DNA from: Paraphysomonas bandaiensis
Lineage: Eukaryota > Protista > Chrysophyceae
Reading direction: 5' to 3'
Assembly: GCA_965644295.1 (NCBI GenBank)
Contig: CBFFRP010000404.1
Span: 9,307 to 73,306 of the forward strand
DNA: 64,000 nucleotides
In this document: positions 50,401 through 62,984 of the stretch, piece after piece
Layout: each line of letters opens with the position of its first letter
Numbering within the stretch: the first letter of the stretch is position 1
Notes under the pieces: model-generated
Seen by the model: the letters and a program-made list of their open reading frames with translations, nothing else
What the model was told of the DNA's origin: nothing
The model's database searches: none
Program-made: the position numbers and the translations under genes

Positions 50401-53400
50401 TTATTGCACCACACCATTTACTAGTTTGACATCAAATGACTCAAACGCGAAAGAAGACACCTTCTCGTGGTCCCCGAGCGCAGCAGCCACTCTCATCTCC
50501 ACTTCCTTCCGAAGCAGCGAAACCCCTATCAGGGAAGCGTGTAACCTGTACAAACAAAGAACATTCACATGGTTAGAAAAGCACGAAGACGCTGACACAC
50601 CTGTCACGAATTTTAACTCTGCTAGCAATATCAGGACTGGCATATGACACAACTAATTGCCTCCTGTCGTAGTTTGGTATCCGACCACCACTTCTTTCAT
50701 GTTTTTGAATTCCTATACGTGGGAGACTCCTCGACAAAATCTTGAATGATGTAAAACTACGTGTATCGTCAACAAGAGGCTCGAGTAGTCCTTTTTCATC
50801 ATCTGTAAGGTGACTGCGATGTAGAGACAACTCACAAAAGTGTTTGTAGACAACGGCGCCAATAGGGTGGGAAGGAAATATGGATAAGGAAAGAGGTTGC
50901 CCACCATCATTGTCAACTCCAGTAACATGCAGTGAATGACTAACAGGACGCAAGTTGGCAGAGAGTGGAACAAACCAATCGTACGTTTTTTTCATTTCCT
51001 AACCACACATATATTGTTAAATAATGACGGTGAGGCGAAATACTACTCACCCAGTGTCCGTCACTAATATGGGCAGAGTACTCTAAGTCATAAGGCAGCT
51101 GAGATTTCCAGTAGTCCAGATCTATACGAAAGAATACATCCATGCTTTGTTGTAAAGGAAGTCGTGTACGGACATCCACTTCGATATTGCCGATACTCCT
51201 CTCGGATAAAGAAATTGTATCTTTTAGTAGTCGAAGAGAGACAATAATCCCTGGACAGGGAGCAGAAGTCAGCTCTGATACAATACTCCCAGATTCCTCA
51301 TGCAGAATGGATGATGCTATACTGCCACTGTATTTCTCCACATCACCAGAATCATGATCAGAATGTGTATGCACACCACATGTCAAGGGAGTGGACTGTC
51401 CTTCTGGGTACCACAAGAATAGAGCTAGTGCGCACACCACAGTAATTGAAAACACTGCACCCATAATTACTAGTAAGCGAAATAAATGACGCAGCCGTAT
51501 GTTCATGCCAGCAGGCCGTCGGGTCACAGCCATCTTGTTGTATCCCAAGGCCATGGTAGCAACCCATGGTACCCATAGATATAGCAATAGGCCTACCTAC
51601 AAATAGGTCGGGCAGAGTAAAACGTTTCAAGTATGCTGCACAGGCCACCTACATTAAATGGAGCTGTGCCCACAATACCCAAAAGGAATGTAAATACAGA
51701 TTCAAATGGGAGCACAGGTTCAACCCAAAGTGAAATGTGCTGGGTGTAGTACCAGCTAAGGAAAACGACGGCGACCACTGCCCTAACACATATTCCCACC
51801 ACGATCACTGGGGCAAGAGTCCATACCCAGCTGATAATAGTCGACACAGGAGACGACTTACGGTCTGCGGTACTAGATTTCGACGGCGAAGTGCATACTG
51901 CTGTTCTCGACAGGCGTTTTGAACATCGTAAAGAGAGAATTGCTTGGAGACTCCGTCGATACAGAGCCTTCGAGAAGATATAAATACCTTAGACCACAAC
52001 ACATCATAGTAACTACCTGAGCACCAGACTCGTTGAGTAAAAGTGCAGTCACAATCAAGACAGCACACCCAGCGCCAGTCGCATATGCAGCAAGAGCACT
52101 CAGCAATGCGTTGAACGGGGTTCTCAGTAGATAAGCACCCGAAGAGTGCCAGCCTTTACCACTCTCGATTACCCGGATACTCTACGATAAAATTAGAGTA
52201 ATACACCCCACCATTTGCAGCTAGTACCATATATCTCGCCAACTCCCGTAAAACCTCAATTCCATTGTCTTTTTCTTCCAACCTACGACTTCTCATCGCA
52301 CTTCCCATTGCGGTGTGGTTAACTTGTCCACATGAAGCAGCCACAAGTGTCCCCATATACGATCGATAGTGATGGCCCAGTACTCCGTCACTTTTGTGCT
52401 TGACTGATACAGCAGTCCTCGCTGGGGATGTGAGCTTGCGAATATGGGGGTTGCTGTGGTCACATGATGCAGTAGATTCACACCCATTCTCATCCGAAAA
52501 CTCAAAGGAGTCCAGCTCCTGCACCGAAACGTGTCCGCCTTTCTGGTCTGTCACCTCTGGGGAGAGACACAGTTCTTTATTGCCGGCAGGAGGAATTGTC
52601 CTAATATTGTATACCCGTTCTGATCCCCCACAAAATAATGACAAATCAATGAGCTGCGCCTCTAGATTTGAGCTGAGCACTATAGGCGGCTCATTAAAAT
52701 CCGATCCGACCCCCACCTCAATGGTGAAGGGGGCAAGCGGTGCCAGCATACTAGACAGTGCTCCCTGTAATAGCTTGCGAGTTTCCTCTAATTGGCCCAT
52801 GAAGCTCTCAACTACATATCTTCGTGATGTTCCCGTGATAGTGTCATGGTGACTGCCGAGGGAAAGCACCCGATGCGCCCCCTGCACTGCACTAACCGCA
52901 CTCTCAATTGTGGAGGGCATCACCGCATCTCTGATCCGAGAATCCGTCAGCAGACCAGTAATGACTGTCTCCACACCACGGAGCAAATCTTCAGTATCAC
53001 GTATCTGGTGTTTTAGGACAGGTCGGCTACCATAGTAGCCAGTCCAGTCGTTGACCTCATGGTCGGAGTAAGGTAGGAGGTGGCCTTGGGCTGTAGGGAC
53101 GGCTGCACTTGACTGGCCTCTTAGAAAAATATCGACATCAGAATTTCCAGCAGCACACTTTTTAACCGCTGAAAAATATCTAGAGGGTGTAGACAACTGA
53201 ACTGCAAATCTGTAGTCTCCTCGTTCTGAATTTAGCAGAGTTTGGGTAGCCTGGAGTACATATTCGAGAGCTGTAAAACTTCTCTCCGCACGCCGAAAGG
53301 AGAAATCGTCACCTACAAGTAACAGAATAGGACATTCCCCTGTGATGCGTGCAATACCAGGGCATGTTGTAGCATCATTCATAATAATCCCTCTTAGTTC

Positions 53401-54260
53401 CCGTGCGGCTCTCTCAATGTCCCTCTGTTTCACTTCCTTGTGCTCCAACAAACTCCCCAACACGGGCGGACTGGAGTAGTGGCGGGGCAAGATGGTTGAT
53501 AATAAGTTACTATGTGTAGATGAAAAGCGGACGAATTTAAACGATTCTGTTCGTCGCTCTGAGTTATACACAAAGAAACTTGGGCCTCTGCTGTTGACAA
53601 GGCGTTTAATTCGGAAGGGAACGCGATTCAAAACCTGAGATTCATACCCCATTCCGGCTAGTGTAGAACTGGTTCCACTGGAGTGCCCGAACGAGTCCAG
53701 AAACCAAGCAACACCAGAATTGTACCTAAAATAGCAGAATTAAACTAAGCGGCAGACAAGATGCAAGTATTGATTGCGTACCGGTGTCCTAACTCCTCTG
53801 CGACCCACCTCCTGCCCACAGCCAAGTTATCCAAAGCGGCATAAAAGTCCGTTAGAGCTTCGTCATGCGCAGTCCAACCCCCACCAACAAGTTCCAATTG
53901 CCCATTATTCAGAAGCTCAAGAATTGCTTCTCTGAATGTAAAGCAATTGTATTTTTCCCGCAGAAAGTGGACAGATGCATGCTTCTTCTCTCCACAGACA
54001 CTCTTTTTTCCATGAGTCTTCAAAAACAAGTCTAGAAAGTACAGAGATTCCCATACAAATGTTCTCTTTGCATCTAATAGAAGAGAGACGATAGATGTGT
54101 CCAGTATAGCGTCTGTGCGTAACATGTATTCTTCTGGGGTAAATTTCCACATAGGATCCACATGTGAGTGAGGAACGACATGCACAGTGACCTCCACTCG
54201 ACTGCTCACCACAGAGAACAGTGTCACTGCCACAAGAACTAGTCTTGAGGTAATATTCAT
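50401..54260 (-). CDS. GH38 alpha-mannosidase with an internal multi-TM insertion; multi-exon, 3' exons tentative
   Basis: Signal peptide, HVVPHSHVDPMW, GQLELVGGGW..HDEA, nucleophile WFLDSFGHS, acid/base GDDF, WTGYYGSRP, HHDTITGT, SGAYLLR. Confidence 0.85.
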
Positions 54261-54767
54261 GGGAATATGAACATGTGGCTCAGTATATCCATTGAAGGGC
54301 AGGATATGATACGACTGTACTGGTGTATATTACGCACAATGAAAGTGTTTTTTCAGTGCAACTGTTCAAGATACGCTTCTTGATGGAAGAAATGAAATAA
54401 TTGGGTTGCGTTTCAGTTGAAAAATACAGTAGTAGAAACAGACGAAGGAACGTACAGCTTCATACGTCTACATCACTGTATATAATACCATCCTCTAGAT
54501 ACCTACCTACCTAACCTACATACCTACATGCCCATATACAGACCGCTACAAGTCCATAGCGATAAACATACATACTACTCCATATATATAACATACATGA
54601 CACAAACCCATCCCATCTCCTTGTCATTCAATCCACTACCTCTATGACAGTGTTCATTTAGTCTCCCTCCTCTATCCAGTCCCATATACACATATACTCC
54701 TATATATATAGAGAGAGTGTGTTATAGAACTATCATCTATTGAAATCTAACACACAGAGTCACACAA

Positions 54768-57164
54768 ATGAAGAAATCAACCACACCTCTTGGTCTCAAT
54801 GGGATATATGTTGGTCGTGATCAAAGCGCTAGTTTGAGTCAGTCTTCAGGACATGAGGCGAGTCGGCCCGCCCCCTCCACCACTAGTACCCAGAACGTCA
54901 CATTCGCTCCATTACCCTCATCTGCTCACCCTCCATACTCTCCTATTTCAACTCCGACTTCGAATGCAAGTAGTCAAAGTGCCAGTCGATCTCCGCCAAA
55001 CCTTTATGGCAATCCCGTAAACTATACGAGTAATGGAGTTCGATCCCCTCCGAATGTGCATGTGTCGGCATCATCCACAACCAGCCAATCGCCAGCGAAC
55101 AGTATTAACAGTCATTCCCCGTCGCCCAGTAGTCACCCAGATATAAATGTATCACCAGTTAGGGCGTCGTCCTCTGGCACACGTCCATCTGCGGCTGACC
55201 GGCGATCGTCCTCCTCCCGGAGTCCCGTTCCCCATCACCGCGCTCATACCCGCACCCATTCACCTGCTCGCCCACAGGACCCTGCAATGAGGTCTCCCCA
55301 GCGTATGACTTCATCTAGCGACGCAACTTCATCATACTCTGGCAATAAGCTCACTGTTAAGGACGCGGTGGTGGGGAAAACTTTGCGGTCAAAAAAGATG
55401 GAGATTCGACTGCAGAGCAGCCAGATGTCTGGCAGGGACAGTGACTACACTGCCTCTTCCTGTGGTTCTTCATACGTCTCTAGTGCGCAAGACGCCTCAG
55501 AGCGAGGATCTACCGTGGCATCAAGTATCGCTTCCCGATCCTATGGGTCGAGGAAAAAGGTATATGAGCCTGACACCTCCACCTTCGGTGTCGGGGGACA
55601 GCTTCCCATGCGGACGCAACGCATGCTGGAGAAGCAAAAGAAGATCGAGGGTATTACTCGGGGACGACATAGACAGCGGGATAGTGAGGATGAGGACTCT
55701 GCTTCTGACTCTCCGTCGACGTCCCCTTTACCTCCTATTCCTGATGAGGAAGAGTCGGATGAGAAAGACGACACACGCAGTTCGAAGGCGTCTCATCCCG
55801 TCTATTACGTCGTCACTGGAAACGGTCAGCCAGGTTCTAATGCTAATCCTTCGTTTCATAATTCTTATCTTCCCCCCGGATTTGACCCAAGGGTACTCGA
55901 GAGTCTGCAACACATGTCTGGTGGTAGCGGTTTTGGTAGCGATGCTGACGTAGGTGGCAGTGCGAGCAGTGGTATCGATGCATCCAGCTCCCAACCCACT
56001 GCTCAATCTACGTCACCTTCATCTCGTCCGTTGCCAAGCGGCCTTCCGTCTGGAATAACACTGCAGACCCTGGTAATGGCCCAGCAGTTGGCTGCTCTCG
56101 ATGAGCAGTTAAAAGCAATGCCTGAGATATCTCCCCCCCCCGTGGATTCTCTTGGTATTGACATCCAAACCCTGTTGATGGCCAAGCAGCTCTCTGCTCT
56201 GTCCAGCCAGGCCCTCGATGGGGGTGACATTCAGTCCCTTTTCAAGCAACTTCTCGCGCAGAGAGGCGCTCCCCCACCCGCGAGTAATTCTGAGATAGTT
56301 GCGCTGCAACAGCAGATACAAGCCCTCCAGCAGATGCTTGCACAACATCAGCAACAACCCGAAGCGTCGCCTTCTTCATCCACCCTCTCTGCTCCTCCAT
56401 CCGCCCCAGCCCCCCCTGATGAGGAAGAAGTGGTACCGGACCCTGCACCTGTGCTCGACGATGGTGAGCCTGAGACGCACAGTGATGCTGGGACAGCGGA
56501 TACAACTTCGCCTTCGAAACCAAGACCCCAACTTTTTCCCACATTGTACCGGGGGTACAGTCGCCTGGACTCCAAACCGCCCACTCCACCCTCTCTGCAC
56601 AGTGACACTGGCTTTCTATCATTCAAACCACCGCAGGTAATGACACCGGAAATGGAGGAGATGGCCAAAGAGCACAGGGCCAGGACAGGGAAGGAACTTC
56701 CACCTGTGTTGTACCGACTTGTACCACATCGGTCGAAGTTTCGCAGAGCAAATGAACTTTTTGAAGCGGACATCGATATGAAGGTGGTCAAAGAAAAGCA
56801 GAGAGAGGAGGAGGAATTACTTGCTGCCGAAGAGCGTGAACCTACTTTATCAATGGCAGGAAGTCAGTATGAGCCTGCCGTAAACGGTGGACTTGCTGTT
56901 CTGGAGAGTGAAATGGGCGATCAGCTTCAAAAGCGTGGGAGTAAGTTCAGTATAGATAACCCGCTGCTAAAGAGTCAGGATGATTTTTGGTTGGAGCCTG
57001 ACACAACGGACAGAGTGAAAGTGAAGCGTTCATCGAGAGACGATTTGGAGATCGAAAGAAAATCGAGCATTTTAGGACTAAATGCCAGTTATAAGCCCGT
57101 TAAGTGGAAGCGAAATACGCGATCCTCTCCGGACAGCAGATCCGATAGTGTAAGCGGTACCTAA
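54768..57164 (+). CDS. Orphan Ser/Pro-rich, largely disordered 798-aa protein
   Basis: 2.4-kb uninterrupted ATG-initiated ORF with higher GC than its flanks; no recognisable domain. Confidence 0.8.
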   Translation: MKKSTTPLGLNGIYVGRDQSASLSQSSGHEASRPAPSTTSTQNVTFAPLPSSAHPPYSPISTPTSNASSQSASRSPPNLYGNPVNYTSNGVRSPPNVHVSASSTTSQSPANSINSHSPSPSSHPDINVSPVRASSSGTRPSAADRRSSSSRSPVPHHRAHTRTHSPARPQDPAMRSPQRMTSSSDATSSYSGNKLTVKDAVVGKTLRSKKMEIRLQSSQMSGRDSDYTASSCGSSYVSSAQDASERGSTVASSIASRSYGSRKKVYEPDTSTFGVGGQLPMRTQRMLEKQKKIEGITRGRHRQRDSEDEDSASDSPSTSPLPPIPDEEESDEKDDTRSSKASHPVYYVVTGNGQPGSNANPSFHNSYLPPGFDPRVLESLQHMSGGSGFGSDADVGGSASSGIDASSSQPTAQSTSPSSRPLPSGLPSGITLQTLVMAQQLAALDEQLKAMPEISPPPVDSLGIDIQTLLMAKQLSALSSQALDGGDIQSLFKQLLAQRGAPPPASNSEIVALQQQIQALQQMLAQHQQQPEASPSSSTLSAPPSAPAPPDEEEVVPDPAPVLDDGEPETHSDAGTADTTSPSKPRPQLFPTLYRGYSRLDSKPPTPPSLHSDTGFLSFKPPQVMTPEMEEMAKEHRARTGKELPPVLYRLVPHRSKFRRANELFEADIDMKVVKEKQREEEELLAAEEREPTLSMAGSQYEPAVNGGLAVLESEMGDQLQKRGSKFSIDNPLLKSQDDFWLEPDTTDRVKVKRSSRDDLEIERKSSILGLNASYKPVKWKRNTRSSPDSRSDSVSGT

Positions 57165-58129
57165 TGATAGGTGCAATAAACGTATTTTGCGTTCTCGTGG
57201 CGCTGTTGTGTGTTATAAAGTACGATGAAGTATCTGTCAATAAAATGCATTCGATTATGCCCATCTATTATATGTATATGTTTATCGGGGTCGTGCCTTA
57301 CATCTCTAGAATTTATGATGTGTAATGCATTGCGGCTGTAATGTTATAATGAATGGCCTAATAATGGGATGATTTGATCGAATTGATAATTGTGATTAAT
57401 GTATCGTTAGTCGCGACATATCTACTGTTTTAAATACCCAATACCCGCGCTCTATTGTTTAGTTAGCAACGTACCCAGGTTTCAAAAGTAATCATATCGA
57501 AGTATAGACGGCTACGACCAGAGCCTAAAAGCTATTTAAGTAATTGACCATTGAAAGAGTGGTGGGAATATTGACTTCTTCTTTCACGATGATAAAATTT
57601 GTGCTGCATGGGCAAAAATTCCTATATCTGGCAGCGCAATTCCACCGCTACATGTTAGTGGAGTGGGATTTCAAACGTGTGAAGCGACGCTATTGAGCTA
57701 TGGTTGTGACATTTTTATATATGGTCTATCCAATATTGCTGGACATTAGATATTAGATAGTAGATAGTGAACCGTAAAAAACGGAACATGAAACGCACTA
57801 CATATTAAATAAATTAAAAAGAAGATCAACATCTCTTATCATTTATTGATTGTCATTCACTAAATCTATATCGTTTCATGGATTCTTGTGTTGAGAGAAA
57901 ATTTATCCTTTCTCTCTGAATGCGTTCAGATAGAGTGAATAATTATGGACGATCACCGTTTCTCTATTGTGGAGAAAGCGTTGACGAGAATAATACCAAT
58001 AATCTGAAGCCAATAGTAAAAAGCACAATCATAAAAAAGCACAGCCAATATTTGGATGTATTGGCGAAGCAAGTTGAAAAAAAAAGTGAAAGAAATGTAG
58101 CCTAATTCCTTTTTGGCCTAGTTCAGGAT

Positions 58130-58490
58130 GGTTGGACCTGAGAAAACGGAGTTCAAACGTTTTCTGTTGGACAGAACTGATGAAGAAGAGGAAAAAAGAT
58201 GATGGCGTCGACTTACTGACGACGATACCAAGCACACCAAGAACAAAGCAACTACCCACGACCAAACCAAGTACGTACTGCTGCTTGAGGCATATTTACT
58301 CCACTACTAATTGTGCAGAAAGGCTATTCAGTAGAGCGAAAATCAACATGATGTGTGATCTGCGCTAATTCACGGCACCTCATCGATTGGAGGCCCTTAT
58401 GCTCGTGCGCTTTAGTACAGGTACAGTTGATGATGCTATTCGTATATGTAATGAGCTAATATAAAATGAAATAATTGTTACACAGCCCTG
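58130..58490 (+). mobile_element. 3' remnant of a hAT-like transposon
   Basis: YCCLRHIYSTTNCAERLFSRAK...LEALMLVRF with an in-frame stop, followed by TIR AATAATTGTTACACAGCCCTG ending at 58490. Confidence 0.8.
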
Positions 58491-59415
58491 ATAATATCCT
58501 ATATTCATATATAGATTTTGAGCTATTAAGAATCAAAACTATCTTCTTATATATAGCTCAAAATATTTCTCCCAAGGGTATAAACTTGGTCCAATGCCAA
58601 TGGCTACTCTAAAATAAGCTTTTAAAGAAAACTCAAAGCTGAGCCAAAGGGGAATAATGATATATACTAACCCCGAATTAATTGGCCTTGAAATAATTGA
58701 CCTAGACATTCTTATATTATTATAGTTTACTTCTAAAATTAGATATTAGTAACTTCTTCATCGTTCTACATACTCTAAACGACCGTTGAATAGGTGGGAA
58801 TATATGCTCCGCATCAATGGGTATTGATTATTGATGCCTTATTTTACCAGTACTATTTATCTATTAATATTTCTTTATGTAGCTACAAGTACATCACTAC
58901 GACATCTAAACAGAAAGAGTATGCAGATATGTAGCATTAGGAAAACTAGAGCTCACTACGTACTACGTAGTCCACTTGCTTGTTTCAGTTGAGTACACAA
59001 TTGGAATACGTATCTTGAGCTGTGCCGCTTCTTAGTTTACATTGCTAAAGTACCTGCACTTTCAAGTTAAGTGTACACGATACGGTATCAGCTTGTCGGT
59101 GGAGCTTCTTCCTAAATATTGACTCGACGATTCCATGTCATCTTGTTCGGAACGATTTACCATTAAGAATAGCTCGATGGTTTAAGTCCACACACTAGAA
59201 ACCAAAAAATATCGAATATCAAAAATACTTATTATAGCCGTGCAAAGAACTGCAACATCACATAAATTTCTAATGTAAGCATTCCACTTCTACAAAATAT
59301 TTCCAGCAAAGTACATACACGTTGTGGATATTCTAGTATAAGCGTATTGAACCAGTCGTGATCAAATAAATAACGTATAAAGTTTATGACCCACTTCAAA
59401 ATCAAACTAGCATAT

Positions 59416-60124
59416 TCAGCGTCTGGACATGTTAACACTGCTTTTCTGCAATTGCAACAGTAGGGACGGATTCTTCATCTTCACAAGGTTATTGATTTCA
59501 TGAAGTCGGGATTGCATAACTGCAAGTTTTTGCTTCATTGAATTATACCGATAAGTAATCTGTCTCTGAATCATCTCTTCAGAGGATCGTTGACACCTGC
59601 AGGACACCAACTCGACAAATTTGTATTCCATGTTCTGAATGAAATCTAGGCGACCGTCACCTTCCCCACTAGCGATAAATATGGCAAGGTGGGTATGTGG
59701 CTCTCTGATGCAGGCATTGAGCATACGGATGAGGACATTGGGATACTCGGAGTAGTTAACGACAAGTTTCTGTTGTTCTTGTATCACTTGAAAGACATGC
59801 TCATCGATCACATGGATATAATGAAAAAACAAATCTGATTCACTAGACAGCTCAAGGCGAATAGACAAGGGATTCTCATCACTCCCTAACACTAGCATTT
59901 TCACTTTTATTGCTTCCAATATTCCAGTGCTGATGTTCTCATCTGATGCGTCTTGATGGCGGATCTCCATAGGAACCTACTGCATGTTACACCCATAGGG
60001 TCCCTGTCATATCACATCATACCTCTCTGTCATAGATAACATGAAACCCATCCCTTAGAGATGGATCGAGTTCGTCGATGGGACTGATATCAGATGTGTG
60101 TGCGCCGTCTGTCTCATTCGACAT
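59416..60124 (-). CDS. SAS6L: SAS-6-like protein (SAS-6 head domain only); intron 59977-60022
   Basis: YDRE|VPMEIR, IRLELSSESDLFFHY, RLDFIQNMEYKFVEL, ITYRYNSMKQK; lacks the long coiled coil of true SAS-6. Confidence 0.8.
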
Positions 60125-60593
60125 GTCTGTAGTGACAGTGTATGTATATGTATGTATATGTATGTAGAGTGATATTATACAGAGCAGATATTTCAACTCA
60201 AGTAATGAATGACCGCTACGAGCATATCACTGAGAAGTACTACACTGAACTCTATCCACTTGATTGGGGTGCGGAGATTACATGCATGAGGTCAATGTTG
60301 CTGAAGAAACATTCCCACTGCTAAACTATACACACAGACCACTCGCGATATATCGCGATATCAATTTTAGGAAAAAGTGTTTTTTTTATCAAAACCCCGC
60401 TATTTTTAGCAAGAAAACTCTGTTGTGGTTTTTCGCATACACACAGCAGCAGAGCAGGCAGGAGAGATCGCTACCAGTTGCCGTTAGACTGTATTGTAAC
60501 TCTGTTGCTGCAACAGGAGTGTGAGTGCAGTGCTTCAGAAGATGACTGATAGAGAGCAGTTGACCCACTGCGTGGGCGCTTGAACACTCTAAA

Positions 60594-60749
60594 CTGCATA
60601 TGCTATGACTATGGTGGGGCTGATGAGCCAATGCTGCATATGCTATGACTATGGTGGGGCTGATGAGCCAATGCTGCATATGCTATGACTATGGTGGGGC
60701 TGATGAGCCAATGCTGCATATGCTATGACTATGGTGGAGATGATGAGCC
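60594..60749. repeat. 40-bp tandem repeat, about 3.9 copies
   Basis: Unit CTGCATATGCTATGACTATGGTGGGGCTGATGAGCCAATG; three identical copies plus a degenerate partial one. Confidence 0.95.
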
Positions 60750-61604
60750 TAGTCTGTTGAAGTTTCGGAGTTTTTGATGCTGTTAATATCTCTGCCACTT
60801 TGCATTGCACATACTTATCGTGTGTAACGCAGAAATGAAGAGGGGGCCGGGTGTGAAGGAAAGAGCGTACGATGCGATACGGACGAATGCTTTTGTGGCA
60901 TGAGCATCCCCAGACTTTCTCCCCTAATCAACATTAGCCGGAGTAGAAAGTCGAAGGGACATACAGATTAAAGATCTGCCACTTATACATGAGATATATG
61001 CCGAATACATGGACCGCAAGTTGGTTGTGTTATGATGTTATGACAAGTAAATTGGGAAAGTGTGTATGATTCGGATTAAACACTCTCAACTCACCGAATA
61101 TACATGTAGCATGTAGCTGACTAAATCTTGTATAATTATGTTCTTGTCGGTGCATGCAATTAAGTAGATGAGAGTCATGCTATGCATAGTGCCGTGCGAG
61201 TTGTTAAATTGGTTGTGGCAACGTACAAGCATATAATTAGACGTTATTGTGTATTGTCCAGTGCATTTGCCTCCTGGTGGGTATCCTAAATTAAATATAA
61301 ATAGATTGTCAGCATGTGTAATCAACTTCAAGGAGAAAACTTCAGATGGTATAGAGTAGAGCACCATTATGACTACTATTATAAGTTTGAAAATATGCTT
61401 TACTCATCCCAGACATAATAATCAAAATCAAATATAATACTAAAATCCTATCCTTCAATTCCTATAGCCTTTTCCAGAAAGAAACTATCAGAAGTGCTAT
61501 ACTGTATTCGCTGGAGAATAGTGAACTTAAAATGGAACTCTTGCACATAGATCAACTTCATTACCCTTCCGAATGCTAATGATGACTCATATTTTTAAAG
61601 CGTG

Positions 61605-62216
61605 CTATACATTTGAGGATGAGTTTTGCTAGCCTATATGGCATCATAAGTTGGAACATACAAGGATATTGATACAAGCTACCTTATGTTCAGCAAGGCT
61701 CTCGTTGTACGCAGCCAACTTGGCTTCATAAACTTTTTTCAAACACAAAATCCCCAGAACAAAATACAATAGACCCGACAGAATCATGGCATAGGCACAG
61801 CAAAATACAATTGCAACCGCTGTCGAATCAGACCACGTCTCGCCGTCATGACTCTGTAGCACTAAAACGCCTATGAAAATATAAAATAATCCACGAACGG
61901 TCCATTTCTTTGATATTAATGATTCTTTCATAGTTTTTGTCCAACCCAGTTGCACCAACACTATAGGGAACGTTAAGGCAAACACGTATATCCGTATAAC
62001 AAAATCGATATAGGATAAATTCGTATAGATGAGATCTATAATCTGTGACACTGAAACAGCTGCAGCTGCAAGAACAGTGTCATGTGAAATAAATTCTAAT
62101 GTCATCAAGAAACATCCTTTCTTCGGTGGAGGGTTCGCTGCTTTCTGATTTTGGTTTGTTAATGGAGTCTTATCGTCTGTGTTGGATCTGGTCTGCGTTT
62201 TATCTTTTGGAGGCAT
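61605..62216 (-). CDS. COPI-associated (TVP15-like) 4-TM protein; intron ~61629-61682
   Basis: Four hydrophobic helices with the WTVRGLFYIFIG motif typical of the COPI_assoc family. Confidence 0.7.
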
Positions 62217-62984
62217 CTGATAGTGATCGAATGATATCTAATATCTTATTGCTGAAGGAAGAGGAAGAGAGATTACAGTGTCATATGACCCCCTGTGAAG
62301 ATTATTGGATTGCAATGATACTGTTGATTGATTCCATATTCTAATTGATGCATTCTATCATGATCGCTGTGCGTGTCTCTCATAGGCACTCCATAGACGT
62401 GTAGTGCTGTATTCGGTATTCTTTAATTCATATAGAACATTGCGCATATCCGGATATCCTGATCTAGATATCCCGATATACAATTTGGTGTGTGTGCAGA
62501 TATTGAAAATCCCTTATTTTATTTTCAATTCAGGTTTTTCAGCTAGAACACTTGAAAAACAACACCACGAGCTGACGGCTTGTAAGGTAAACTTTGTATG
62601 TGAAAGTGGAAAGCCCACTTTTTATGGTCTGAAAATGTGGACATAGATGTGCATGTGTTGAGAGGAGTCGTTCAGCACATGACCACATGACATGCATAAC
62701 TTATCACAGCATACTATACCCTGATGCTGATGCTTAGTTAGCAGGAATCCCTTTTCCAATGCTACACTAGATTCTTACGAATATCTCAGTCGATACTTAA
62801 TCACTCTAAGGGATCATATGCTTATTGCCTATCAAACTTTGTCCTCCATGTCCCAAATATCTGCTTCGAGTGATCCTATCCTCTCCATATAGAGTACCAG
62901 GCGAATATCTGTACAATGAATACTCATTCGGTAATGGACTCAGCCGAGTAGCGGGTATGACGGAGATCAGGGGGGCAGTAACGT

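Noticed and set aside
60594-60749. CRISPR array or hammerhead ribozyme (CTGATGAG in each unit)
   Set aside because: No unique spacers, no cas genes, and no GAAA half of the hammerhead core
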